Part shown: positions 8,441-18,035 of the stretch, piece after piece
Layout: the number at the start of each line of letters is the position of its first letter
How positions within the stretch are numbered: the stretch's first letter is position 1
Origin: Candidatus Latescibacterota bacterium
GTDB lineage: Bacteria > Latescibacterota > UBA2968 > UBA8231
Assembly (NCBI GenBank): GCA_965221775.1
Contig: CBDCSU010000006.1
Span: 2,336,001-2,400,000 of the forward strand
Direction: 5' to 3'
DNA length: 64,000 nucleotides
The notes under the pieces: model-generated
Told to the model about the DNA's origin: nothing
Database searches by the model: none
What the model saw: the letters and a program-made list of their open reading frames with translations, nothing else
Translations under genes and position numbers: made by a program

Positions 8441-11400
8441 TGCCCACCATGAACTCTCGTGAACGCCGCATCCGCACCGGCGCCCTGCTGCTGGCCGCCG
8501 CCATGGCCTGGCAGCCGGGCGTCGCCTCGGCCCAGGACATCCTGTCCTCCCAGCTGCGCCAGGGCTTCGGCAAGAACAAGGTTCGCTACAAGGACTTCGA
8601 CTGGCACTTCGTCGAGAGCGAGCACCTGCTCCTCCACTACGAGCCGGAGTTCGAGGACCTCGCCGACCGGGCCGTGGAGTACCTCGAGGAGGCCTACCTC
8701 CACATCAGCGCCCTCATGCGCCACGAGCTGTCGACCAAGCCGCCCATCGTCATCTTCAAGTCCCACTACGAGTTCCAGCAGACGAACATCATCCAGGCGT
8801 TCCTGCCGCCCGGGGTGGCCGGCTTCGCCGAGCCCCTGCGCTACCGCATGGTGATCCCCTTCAACGGCGATCTCGACGACTTCCGCAACGTCCTCACTCA
8901 CGAACTGATGCACATCTTCCAGTACGACATCGTGAACCGGGGACCGGTGCGGCGCATCTCCAACCCCATCGCGCGGCCGCCCACGTGGATCATGGAAGGC
9001 CTGGCCGAGTACTCGACGGAGGAGATGAACACCATCGACGAGATGGTGCTGCGCGACGCGGTGCTGACGGACCGGCTGATCCCTCTCGAGGTGATGGACT
9101 CGAGCTGGAACTACCTGCCGAACACGTTCCTGGCCTACAAGCAGAGCCACAGCCTGATGGAGTACATGGCGGCCAACTTCGGGCCCGAGAAGGTGAGCCG
9201 CATTCTGCGCGTGTGGGACCAGCAGACCGATACGGACCGGCTCCTCGAGCGCCTCATCGACATGGACATGAGCACCCTCGACGAGCGCTGGCAGGCGCAC
9301 ATGCGCAAGCGCTACTGGCCGCTGCTGCAGCACCGCGACTACGTCTCCGAGTTCGCCAACCGCGTCGTCGACAACGACGAGATCCACGGCCTGTACATGT
9401 CGCCGGAGTGGTCCCTGGGAGGCGACATGCTCGCCGTGCTGAGCACCGACGGGGTGGAGCAGCACGTCGACATCATCCGGGTCAGCAACGGCCGCCGGGT
9501 GCAGCGTGTCACCACCGGCATGCGCACCCGCGTCTTTGACGACCTGACCTTCGGCGACGGCACCGTCGCCTGGGCGCCGGACGGAAGCACCATCGCCCTG
9601 GTGGGCAAGGACGGTCCGAAGGACGCCATCGTCCTCTGGGACCTGTACGACAAGAAGCTGGTGAACACCCTCTCCTTCGACGATATCGAGATCGTCGAGG
9701 GACTCGACTGGGCGCCGGACAGCCGCCGCCTGGCCTTCGTGGGCACCGGCTACGGGCAGAGCGACCTCTACCTCGTGGACGTGGCCACCGAGCAGGTCCG
9801 CCAGTTGACCGGGACGTCCAGGCGGGAGGACCACCCCGACTTCCATCCCGACGGGAGGCGCCTCGCCTTCAGCGCCAAGGTGGAGGGCCAGTTCGACATC
9901 AAGGTCTACGACCTCGACACGGGGAGCCAGTCCACGCTGGTGGCCACGCCGGGCGACGACCTGTGGCCGGAGTGGACCCCGGAGGGCAACAGGCTCCTCT
10001 TCGTCTCCACCCGCGAGGGCATCAACGACCTGTTCCTGCAGGATCTCAGCGATGGCCGCGAGTACCGACTGACGCGCACCCTCTCCGGCATCATGAACCC
10101 CTCCCTGTCTCCCGACGGCCAGCAACTGGTGCTCAACACCTACTACCACAGCCGCCGGGAGATGTACCGCATGGACATGCCCACCATGCCGGAGCTGCGG
10201 CTGCGCAGCGACGAGCTGGCGGCGCGGGTCGGCGCCGGGCCGGTGGTCGCCGCCGAGGCCACCGAGGCCGGTGGCGAGAGGCCGTCCGGGCCGGACCCCA
10301 TCCTCCTCGTGCAGAAGGGGGCGGCCGACACCGCAGCCGCGGCCCTGGCCCGGGCCACCCGCCTCGGCCTGGAGGAGGCGGTGGCCATTCTCGACCGCAA
10401 GGCGGACACCAACCAGGCGATGAAGCTGGCGGAGGCCTCCGGCGGCGACGCCGGTCCGGCGGCGGCCGGCGAGGGCGGGATCCCCTCGCCGACGGGGGGC
10501 CTGGAGGACGTGGGCGATGCCCTGCGGCGGGACACGGCGCGGCTCCCGGGCAGTCCCGAGAGCGCCCTGGAAGGGCTGCCCCGGCGGCGGTACACGCCCA
10601 AGCTGGAGTTCGACGGGGTGGCTCTGCAGATGGGCTACTACTCAGGCTTTCTCGCCGGGGTGGCCCAGTTGAGCATGAGCGACCTCCTGGGCAACCACGA
10701 CCTGAACATGTTCACCGACTACGTGGGTTCCCAGGAGATCAACAACGATTTCACCTTCGCCGCCGGCTACAGCTACCATGGCCGCCGGCCGACGTACAGC
10801 GCCATGGTCTTCAACTGGAACCAGTACTTCAACGACAACGAGGGCCGGGGCCCCTTCGGGGGCTACTACGGGATCGGCGCCCGTCTCACCCGGGGGCTGG
10901 TGCGCAGCCGCCAGACCGGGGTGCTGGCGGACATGAGCTATCCCCTCGACGTGTACCGGCGTGTCGAGCTGTCGTACTCCTTCGTCGACGAGCAGCGCGA
11001 GATCGCGTGGCCGGTACAGGAGCCGATCGACGGCTACAGCACGCACCTGTTCAAGGCCGCCTACGTCCACGATTCCCTCAACATCGGGCTCCTCGGGCCC
11101 ACTGCGGGCCGGCGCTACTACCTGTCCGCCGGGCGCACCCTGGCTCTGAGGGAAGGGGACCGCAACTTCACCCACGTGGAGGTCGACTACCGCCACTACC
11201 TGCGCCTGGGCCGCTGGTCGGTCCTCGGGTTGCGGGGCACGGGCATCGGCTCCCTGGGGCGCGACGGCCTCGAGTACAACCTCGGCGGGCCGGCCTGGTT
11301 CCTGCCCTTCTACCCGGGGTACAACCTCAATGTCGGGCCGCTGCGGGGCTACGCGTTCTCCAAGTTCACCGGCACCCGCGTGGCCCTCGTCAACGGCGAG

Positions 11401-11712
11401 ATCCGCGTGCCCTTCATCCGCAACATCACCTTCGGCTGGCCCGGGACGTTCGCCATTCCCGCCGTGGACGGCGCCATCTTCGCCGACCTGGGGAGCGCCT
11501 GGAAGAAGGACCAGACCCTCGACCCGTGGCCGCTGCAGAGCCCCCACGTCGAGGTCGACCCGGCGGCGGAGCGGGTGCGCCTCCAGGGCGGCGTCGGCTT
11601 CGGCCTGCTCGTCTATTTCCTGGCGCCGCTGAACTTCGAGTTCGCCCGGCGCACCGACTTCAAGGACATCTCGGGGTGGCACATGCACTTCAGCTTCGGG
11701 CGGAGCTTCTGA
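8440..11712 (+). CDS. Omp85/BamA-family barrel fused to N-terminal zinc-peptidase-like domain and TolB-like (PD40) beta-propeller
   Basis: FGKNKVRY, HELMH...WIMEGLAEY gluzincin motif, repeated W/F-x-PDG motifs, Omp85 lid-lock GPLRGY and FADLGSAW, C-terminal FSFGRSF; no POTRA visible. Confidence 0.85.
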   Translation: MPTMNSRERRIRTGALLLAAAMAWQPGVASAQDILSSQLRQGFGKNKVRYKDFDWHFVESEHLLLHYEPEFEDLADRAVEYLEEAYLHISALMRHELSTKPPIVIFKSHYEFQQTNIIQAFLPPGVAGFAEPLRYRMVIPFNGDLDDFRNVLTHELMHIFQYDIVNRGPVRRISNPIARPPTWIMEGLAEYSTEEMNTIDEMVLRDAVLTDRLIPLEVMDSSWNYLPNTFLAYKQSHSLMEYMAANFGPEKVSRILRVWDQQTDTDRLLERLIDMDMSTLDERWQAHMRKRYWPLLQHRDYVSEFANRVVDNDEIHGLYMSPEWSLGGDMLAVLSTDGVEQHVDIIRVSNGRRVQRVTTGMRTRVFDDLTFGDGTVAWAPDGSTIALVGKDGPKDAIVLWDLYDKKLVNTLSFDDIEIVEGLDWAPDSRRLAFVGTGYGQSDLYLVDVATEQVRQLTGTSRREDHPDFHPDGRRLAFSAKVEGQFDIKVYDLDTGSQSTLVATPGDDLWPEWTPEGNRLLFVSTREGINDLFLQDLSDGREYRLTRTLSGIMNPSLSPDGQQLVLNTYYHSRREMYRMDMPTMPELRLRSDELAARVGAGPVVAAEATEAGGERPSGPDPILLVQKGAADTAAAALARATRLGLEEAVAILDRKADTNQAMKLAEASGGDAGPAAAGEGGIPSPTGGLEDVGDALRRDTARLPGSPESALEGLPRRRYTPKLEFDGVALQMGYYSGFLAGVAQLSMSDLLGNHDLNMFTDYVGSQEINNDFTFAAGYSYHGRRPTYSAMVFNWNQYFNDNEGRGPFGGYYGIGARLTRGLVRSRQTGVLADMSYPLDVYRRVELSYSFVDEQREIAWPVQEPIDGYSTHLFKAAYVHDSLNIGLLGPTAGRRYYLSAGRTLALREGDRNFTHVEVDYRHYLRLGRWSVLGLRGTGIGSLGRDGLEYNLGGPAWFLPFYPGYNLNVGPLRGYAFSKFTGTRVALVNGEIRVPFIRNITFGWPGTFAIPAVDGAIFADLGSAWKKDQTLDPWPLQSPHVEVDPAAERVRLQGGVGFGLLVYFLAPLNFEFARRTDFKDISGWHMHFSFGRSF

Positions 11713-11714
11713 GG

Positions 11715-12425
11715 GTGGCGGCCGGGCGTTGGGCGCCCGCCTGGATGGCCCTCCTGTGCCTGTGCGGATGCGCCGGCCGCGGACCCGGCATGGGCACGGC
11801 CGTGGAGTTCCGGGCGCCCTCCGTCCCCGACGCCGAGATCCGGCCCCTGCTCGAGGGCGTGGAGAAGATCGGCGTGCTCTCGGCCACCGACATCACGCCG
11901 CTGCAGGATCTGGACATCGAGAAGGTCATGGGGCGCCTCACCGACGCCACCGCCGGAGGTCTGCGCAACCTGTCCGACCGCACGGTGATCGGCCAGGACG
12001 AGATCCGCTGGCACTTCCGCGACGTGGAGCTGGACTCGGCGGCCGTCTTCAGCGACAGTCTGAAGAGCGCCATGGTGAGCGAGCTGGGCCTCGACGCCCT
12101 CGTCTTCGTCACCCTTCGCGGCCTGGACGCGCGGATGTCGCCCATGACCCCGACCCCCTACGGGGGCATGGCCGCCAATCCGAGGGTGAACATCACCGTG
12201 AACCTGCACCTGCTGCTGGTGAACCTGGCCACCGGCGGGCACTGGAGCCACGAGGGCCGGCACAGCAGCTGGCAGCCGGTGCAACTGGACCTTCTCGGGG
12301 GCGGCCGGGACCGCACCGAGCGGCAGATGCTGACGGCCCTGGCCCCGCCGCTGCGGCAGTTCCTGGCGCGGGTTGCGCCGCCGCCGAGCCGGCAGACGCG
12401 CCGCTTCGACAGCAGCGGGGACTGA
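11715..12425 (+). CDS. Putative lipoprotein (CsgG-like alpha/beta fold, tentative)
   Basis: GTG start 2 nt after Omp85 stop; lipobox LCGC; ELGLDALVFVTL motif. Confidence 0.65.
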   Translation: MAAGRWAPAWMALLCLCGCAGRGPGMGTAVEFRAPSVPDAEIRPLLEGVEKIGVLSATDITPLQDLDIEKVMGRLTDATAGGLRNLSDRTVIGQDEIRWHFRDVELDSAAVFSDSLKSAMVSELGLDALVFVTLRGLDARMSPMTPTPYGGMAANPRVNITVNLHLLLVNLATGGHWSHEGRHSSWQPVQLDLLGGGRDRTERQMLTALAPPLRQFLARVAPPPSRQTRRFDSSGD

Positions 12426-12456
12426 GCCGGCGGCAGGAGGGTTCGTCGGCGCAAAG

Positions 12457-12497
12457 GAAAAGGGGCGGCCCCGGTCGGGAGCCGCCCCTCTTTTCTT
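12457..12497. terminator. Bidirectional intrinsic terminator
   Basis: AGGGGCGGC (12461-12469) / GCCGCCCCT (12481-12489) stem with A-tract before and T-tract after, between convergent genes. Confidence 0.8.
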
Positions 12498-12527
12498 GGT
12501 GATTTCCGCGCTATGGGCGGGGTGGGT

Positions 12528-13250
12528 TCAGCGCCGCTTCTTGCGCCGCTTGGCGGCCGAGCTGCCGCTGCTCTTCTCCTCCGAGGCCGGCTTCGACGAG
12601 CTGGAGGAGGAGGAAACGCTGCCGCTGGACTTGGAGCTTCCCGAGGGCCGGGTGGTGCGCTGACCGACGGTCGAGCGCCGCACCGTCGGCTCGACCCGCT
12701 GCGTCCAGGCGCGCTCCTGGCTCTGCCGCTGCCGCTCCCGAAGGGTGGTCTCGTCGACGGTGGGGGGCTCCGAGGTCGGCCCCCTGCTGGTGAGTCCGGA
12801 CCTGAGCTCGGACAACTCGGTGGTGGTCACCAGCTCGTACCCCGGGGGCACGTAGCTGCCGCGGGAATAGTAGGGGTCGTAGCCGTAGCCGTAGGGTCCG
12901 TAGTAGGGGCTGTAGCCGTACGGTCCGTAGCCGCCGTAGCGATAGCCGTATCCGTAGCCGTAGCCCGGGCCGTACGCGAAGGGCGACCCGAAGCCGTACA
13001 TGCCGTACCGGGAGTCGTAGCCGAAGATCGGATAGCCGCTGCCGTACGAGTCGTAGCCCGTGGTGCCCAGGCCGCGCTCGTCGGTGAACCGGCCGATGCG
13101 GGGATCGCGGTCCTCGGGCTCTTCCCAAGTGGCGGAATAGGCGGGTTCCTCGGGGGTGGTGAAGCCCCCGGGGGCCCGCAGGACGGTGTAGCAGCCGGTG
13201 GCGGAAACCACTGCCAGCGCGAGCACGAGACCTGTGAGGGATCTGGTCAT
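12528..13250 (-). CDS. Gly/Tyr-rich lipoprotein
   Basis: Lipobox ATGC followed by YTVL; GYG-rich middle; Ser-rich basic tail. Confidence 0.75.
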   Translation of the reverse strand: MTRSLTGLVLALAVVSATGCYTVLRAPGGFTTPEEPAYSATWEEPEDRDPRIGRFTDERGLGTTGYDSYGSGYPIFGYDSRYGMYGFGSPFAYGPGYGYGYGYRYGGYGPYGYSPYYGPYGYGYDPYYSRGSYVPPGYELVTTTELSELRSGLTSRGPTSEPPTVDETTLRERQRQSQERAWTQRVEPTVRRSTVGQRTTRPSGSSKSSGSVSSSSSSSKPASEEKSSGSSAAKRRKKRR

Positions 13251-13298
13251 GTCGCGACCTCCTGTGGGTGCGGCGCCCTCGCCGGGGCGCTCGGGGTC

Positions 13299-13326
13299 AA
13301 TATACGGAGGGAGCCTTCCCGGTCAA
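13299..13326 (-). promoter_or_regulatory. Putative sigma70 promoter
   Basis: TTGACC-16 nt-TATATT on the minus strand upstream of 13250. Confidence 0.45.
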
Positions 13327-13364
13327 CGGCTTTCGGGGCTCGCCCGGGGGCCTCGGGGACCGGG

Positions 13365-14735
13365 TCAGAACAGGTAGCGGACTCCCATGAAGACGCGGTT
13401 CACGTCCACGTCCTCCCGCAGCTCCAGTTCGTTCTCGCCTTCGGCCTGCTCGTAGTTGCCGCGGGTATAGGCCAGGTCGATGCGCACCGCCTCCTCCACG
13501 GCGACCCCTGCGCCGAGGGTGTAGAACCGCCGGTCCCGGAGTACCCGGATCAGGGGGTTGTCGACCGGGTCCGGAGTGCGGGTCGGGTCCCGGGGCCCGA
13601 CGAAGGGCAGGGGGTCGGAGTAGTACCCGGCGCGCAGATCGACGGCCGCCCAGGGCACCTGCCACTCGGCTCCGAGGTGCCAGCGCAGGACGTCGGCGTA
13701 CTGGTCCTCGAAGGAGGTGTCGGTACGCAGCTCGAAGGGGTCGTCGTCGGTGTACTCGGTCTGGGTCCACTCGGTGGCGTGGACCGAGGCGGCCAGCGTC
13801 ACCTGTGGCACGGGCCGGCCGGAGACGCCGAGTCCGAAGGAGAGGGGCAGGGCGATTCGGTAGCTGCTCTTGAACTCCTCGCTCGGCGTCTCCACAAGCT
13901 CCCCGTTGTCGGATTCGACGGAACTGAAGTGTGGTTGGGGCGGGGCCCGCCAGGTGTAGCTGACCTTGTGCGAGGAACCGGTGGCCATGGTGACGCCGAG
14001 GCGCAGCCGCGGGTCGTCCCGGGGGGTGCGCACCATGGCGCCGAGGGTGGCGGTCCAGGTCGTGCCGTAGTCGTCGACGAAGACCTCGCGCTCGGTGAAG
14101 CGGCTCTCGTAGAAGAAGTCCTCCGTGTCGATGGAGACGAACTCCGAGGTCCACTCGTCCTCGCCGCCGATGAGGCTGAGGGTGGCGCCAACGGAGACCG
14201 AGGGGCTCACGTCGATGGCGCCGGCCACGGAGGTGATGGCCAGCTCGCCCTCGTGGCGGAAGCTGTCGTCGTAGGCGAGGCTGTCGCCGAGGACGGCCCC
14301 GGCCGCATCCCGGACCACCGGCACCAGGGGGTAGTCGAGGGCCCAATCGAAGTCCTTGACCCGGTTGAAGCCCGCCGCCAGCACGAGACTCCCCCGGTAC
14401 ACGGGCACCGGATAGACGAAGCCCAGGCTGCCGAAGCGGGTGTTGCTCACGTCGGCGATGGCACTGTTCTCGATCGGTGTCCCGAATCCGGCGACGGCCC
14501 GGTTCTGCCGGGCGTTGCGCAGGAAGGCGACGTTGATCTCGCGCTGGCGCATCTGCGCCAGACCGGCGGGGTTCCAGTAGACGGCGGTGAAGTCGTCGGC
14601 GAGGCCGGCGAAGGCGCCGCCCATCGCCATGGCGCGGACTCCGACGCCGGCGAAGTTGTCGATGGCCCGCTCTTCCTGGCCGGCGGCGGCCGTGGCCAGG
14701 ACGAGCAGGGCGATGGGGGTTCGGAAGTGGCGCAT
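13365..14735 (-). CDS. FadL/OmpP1/PorV-like outer-membrane barrel
   Basis: Signal peptide, GVRAMAMGGAF...ADDFTAVYWNPAGL hatch signature, C-terminal VRYLF. Confidence 0.82.
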   Translation of the reverse strand: MRHFRTPIALLVLATAAAGQEERAIDNFAGVGVRAMAMGGAFAGLADDFTAVYWNPAGLAQMRQREINVAFLRNARQNRAVAGFGTPIENSAIADVSNTRFGSLGFVYPVPVYRGSLVLAAGFNRVKDFDWALDYPLVPVVRDAAGAVLGDSLAYDDSFRHEGELAITSVAGAIDVSPSVSVGATLSLIGGEDEWTSEFVSIDTEDFFYESRFTEREVFVDDYGTTWTATLGAMVRTPRDDPRLRLGVTMATGSSHKVSYTWRAPPQPHFSSVESDNGELVETPSEEFKSSYRIALPLSFGLGVSGRPVPQVTLAASVHATEWTQTEYTDDDPFELRTDTSFEDQYADVLRWHLGAEWQVPWAAVDLRAGYYSDPLPFVGPRDPTRTPDPVDNPLIRVLRDRRFYTLGAGVAVEEAVRIDLAYTRGNYEQAEGENELELREDVDVNRVFMGVRYLF

Positions 14736-15502
14736 CAGAAACTCTCGCTGTAGCGAACGGTGATCTCGCGGCTGAGGTCGGCGGAGGGTCCGCCAGGCGC
14801 CGTCCGGTCCCCGTTCTGGAGGAAGTTCTTGAGCAGGAAACCGAGCCTCAGGCTCCGGGTGGGCGACCAGTTGACGCCCCCGTTGGCGTATCCCCGGTTC
14901 AGGGCCCAGGAGTCGTCGCCGCCGTGGCGGGCGAGGTCGTACTCGGCGATGAAGATGAGCCTGTCGCTGAACCGCTTGTCGGCGCCGAGCCACCCGGAGA
15001 GGCCGCCCTCCTCTTCGAGGGACCAGCTCAGGCCCCCGTGAAAGCCGAGCTGGCCGAGAGTGGTCCCGTAGTTCTTGCTGGAGGCCAGGTAGATCCCCTT
15101 GCCCCGGACCTGGTACCTGCCGTGGGCGTGGGCCCCGTATCCCTGGGTGTCGTACCCCGCCGTCAGGGCGGGCATGCCGGTGCTCTCCTCGACGAGGCGG
15201 CAGCGAGCCGCTGCCTCGACCCTGGGATACCAGTCGACCTCGTCGTCGCCGATGACCCCCTCGCCCCCGAAGGCCAGGCCGACGGCCAGGCGCTGCAGGA
15301 GTCCGGCGTCGACCTGGCCCATCAGGCCGCCTCCCGGGAACAGCCTCAGGTCGATGGCGAATTGTCCCTTGTCGAGGAGGCCGGCGGTGGGACTGTCCAC
15401 GAGGCGCACCAGCTCCGGCGGCCCGTACTGGGCGCCCGCGGGACCCGCCCGGACCGCGGCCAGCATCGCCAGTGCCGGAAGCCATGAGCGGTAGGAGGTC
15501 AA
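14735..15502 (-). CDS. YjbH-like outer-membrane barrel protein
   Basis: TTG start overlaps tsaE stop; LVDSPTAGLL motif; YLASSKN; C-terminal YSESF. Confidence 0.68.
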   Translation of the reverse strand: MTSYRSWLPALAMLAAVRAGPAGAQYGPPELVRLVDSPTAGLLDKGQFAIDLRLFPGGGLMGQVDAGLLQRLAVGLAFGGEGVIGDDEVDWYPRVEAAARCRLVEESTGMPALTAGYDTQGYGAHAHGRYQVRGKGIYLASSKNYGTTLGQLGFHGGLSWSLEEEGGLSGWLGADKRFSDRLIFIAEYDLARHGGDDSWALNRGYANGGVNWSPTRSLRLGFLLKNFLQNGDRTAPGGPSADLSREITVRYSESF

Positions 15503-16002
15503 GCGCCCCTCCCGGGACCGGCGCCGGTGTCGGGCCGCCGCCATCGGATGCGGCGCTCCTGCTCCTGCTCTCCGTGGCGGAGCTCGATCCGCCACCGCTT
15601 CTCGGGGAGCAGCTCGGGAAGGCGGTCCGCCCACTCCACGAGGGTGACGGCGTCGGCCTCGTGGAAGAACTGGTCGGCGCCGATCTCCGCCAGCTCGTCC
15701 ACCGTCGCGAGGCGGTAGAGGTCGAAGTGGTAGACCCGCAATCCGCTGCCTTCCCCGGTGCCCTCGTAGACGTTCAGCAACACGAAGGTAGGGCTGTTGA
15801 CCACCTCGTCGACACCCAGACCGGCGCAGATTCCCTGCACGAGGCAGGTCTTGCCGGTGCCGAGGTCGCCTTCGAGGGCCACGAGGTCTCCCGGCACCAG
15901 GGCGGCAGCCAACTGGCGGCCGAAGCGCCGGGTCTCGGAGGCGCAGCGGGTGCGGCGCTCACCCGCGCAGGCGAGATCCGCGGTCACCGTAGAGGGAGAC
16001 AC
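15499..16002 (-). CDS. tsaE: tRNA threonylcarbamoyladenosine biosynthesis ATPase
   Basis: LEGDLGTGKT, VNSPTF, YHFDLYRL, VEWADRL. Confidence 0.95.
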   Translation of the reverse strand: MSPSTVTADLACAGERRTRCASETRRFGRQLAAALVPGDLVALEGDLGTGKTCLVQGICAGLGVDEVVNSPTFVLLNVYEGTGEGSGLRVYHFDLYRLATVDELAEIGADQFFHEADAVTLVEWADRLPELLPEKRWRIELRHGEQEQERRIRWRRPDTGAGPGRGA

Positions 16003-16186
16003 CGCACGAGTGGGGTTGGGAGGGCATCTGCATGAGCGACGGTGGAGAGGTCCCTGACAAGAGGGACCATCTTGCCGCCGGGATGTTCCTGCCGGACGGG
16101 GGAGGACTGGGCCGGGCCGCCAGGGAGCGGCGGCGGTGCGGGGGCATCCACCGCGTGAGAGCGGCGGCTTCCCCGGGGTTGGTGCT

Positions 16187-16639
16187 TCAGCCGCCGGAGG
16201 CGCGCCGGCTGTCCATGGGGATCACCGACTCATCCCCGCCCTCGACGGGCTCGGGCGCCTCCGCCCCCATGGCGTCCACACCTTCATTCTCGTCGACATC
16301 CATGGAGCAGTTGCCCTGGAAAACGGCGCCCTCGGAGATGGCCAGGGCGTTGGAGTTGATGTCTCCCACGACCCGTGCCTGGCTGTCGAGGCGGACCTTG
16401 TCGCCCCGCACGTTGCCGTGCACGACTCCGTTGATGTAGACATCGCGGCCGTCGAGCTGGGCATGGGCCTCTCCCGACTGGCCGATGGTGAGCGTTCCCG
16501 TGCACGACAACTCGCCCTTGAAGGTGCCGTCGATGCGCACGCTGTTGTCCACCTTCATGACTCCCTCGAAGGTGGTGCCGCGGCCGACGATCGTGTTCAG
16601 GGTCTCGCCGCCGCCGTTCTCTTCCTTTTTGCCCAGCAT
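16187..16639 (-). CDS. Bactofilin (polymer-forming cytoskeletal protein)
   Basis: TIVGRGTTFEG...VRIDGTFKG...VYINGVVHGNV...LAISEGAVFQGNCSM beta-helix pattern. Confidence 0.9.
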   Translation of the reverse strand: MLGKKEENGGGETLNTIVGRGTTFEGVMKVDNSVRIDGTFKGELSCTGTLTIGQSGEAHAQLDGRDVYINGVVHGNVRGDKVRLDSQARVVGDINSNALAISEGAVFQGNCSMDVDENEGVDAMGAEAPEPVEGGDESVIPMDSRRASGG

Positions 16640-16767
16640 TGCCTTGTCTGTCCTCCGGCTGCTTCCGGTGAAACCGGGCAAGCCGCCCAAACTGTCGAAC
16701 ACTCTGCTCATCAGGCGGCCAATATAGGACCGGGCCGCGGACGGGAAAAGGGCCGCGAGAAACCCGG

Positions 16768-17928
16768 TCACTTCTTCTTTTTCTTGGATTTTCTGCCTTC
16801 GACTCTGCCATTGGCGCGAAGCCGCTCGACCACGGCGAGCACGGCGGCCTGGGTCGGCTCCTCTACGGCGGTCATCTCTATGACGGGGACGTCCTCGTCC
16901 TCGCAGCCCCTGAGGATGTGTTCCTGGATTCGGAGGATGCGATCCAGATCGGAGAGGGACTTGCGCGGCGTCCTGGCGGGGGCCTGGACCTCCCGCTTGG
17001 CGAAGCGCGTCTCGTAGGCCTCGCGGTCGGTCAGGGCCAGGCAGATGGGCACGATGATGGCGTTCTCCTCGAAGGCTTTCCACCGCGAGACCCCGGGGAG
17101 CAGGTGCACGCCGTCGATGATGGCGCTCGCATTCTCCTCGATGCAACGGGACATGATGGCGCGCACGCCGACGCCGACGACCCGGGACTGTTCGTGGAAG
17201 GCGGTTACCACAGGGTCGAGACCGTCCTGGATGTCGGCAGCCTCGGCGTCGTAAGAGGAATCGTGGATGGAAGGCATGAAGTCCCTGGCCAGCGTCAGGC
17301 GCAGGATCTGCCGGATGTCGTCGGTGGCCACGACGCGGGGGATGTCGAGGACGTTGGCAAGACTGACGGCCAGCGTCGTCTTGCCGACGCCGGTGGCGCC
17401 GCCGATGAGGATCACGAGGGGCTGGTCCAGATCCCTCCAGTCCCGCCAGGTCCGGTAGAGCTCGGCGGAGCTCTCGCCGCATCTCTCTAGGATGACCTCC
17501 TGAACGAGGTTCTCCAGTTCGCCGTGGCCGATGCGCCCCGTCCGCTTGTCGAGGAGGTGTTCCTCCACGGTGCGGGCGAGCTCGTAGGAGCGGTCGGGGG
17601 AGAGGCCGGCGGCCTGGATCGAGTGGGACAGCAGCTCGCGAGAGAAGGGACGGGGGCCGGCGTCGCGGTCGACGGTGATCGTCGTCGGCGACGGTTCCCA
17701 GAACAGGAGGTTGCCGAGGGGGCGGTCCGGATGGTCGCGCTCGAGGAGGCTGGCGAGCAGATCGAGGATCTGTCCTCGTTCCACCTCCTTGCGCCGGCGC
17801 ACCTCGGTACGCACCTCGTCGGCGATGCCGTAGGCCTCGTCGTGATCGAAACCGCGCTGGAGGAGATGGTGGACGAGCATCCCCCGCATGAAGGGGATGC
17901 GCTTCTTGCCGTCGACGATGGTAGCCAT
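16768..17928 (-). CDS. 2-phosphoglycerate kinase-like P-loop kinase with duplicated ATP-cone-like N-terminus
   Basis: IPFMRGML and PFSRELL cone-like repeats; LIGGATGVGKTT; ATDDIRQILR; IHDSSY; IIDGVHLLPG. Confidence 0.8.
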   Translation of the reverse strand: MATIVDGKKRIPFMRGMLVHHLLQRGFDHDEAYGIADEVRTEVRRRKEVERGQILDLLASLLERDHPDRPLGNLLFWEPSPTTITVDRDAGPRPFSRELLSHSIQAAGLSPDRSYELARTVEEHLLDKRTGRIGHGELENLVQEVILERCGESSAELYRTWRDWRDLDQPLVILIGGATGVGKTTLAVSLANVLDIPRVVATDDIRQILRLTLARDFMPSIHDSSYDAEAADIQDGLDPVVTAFHEQSRVVGVGVRAIMSRCIEENASAIIDGVHLLPGVSRWKAFEENAIIVPICLALTDREAYETRFAKREVQAPARTPRKSLSDLDRILRIQEHILRGCEDEDVPVIEMTAVEEPTQAAVLAVVERLRANGRVEGRKSKKKKK

Positions 17929-18035
17929 CGGCGCAAGAACCTACCCGGGCCACCTGGGAGGAGCAAGGCAGGCGGCCTTCGGGGGGATATATTATCCGCC
18001 GTTTCCACACTCCGTTCCCCATGGGAGTTCAGGTC

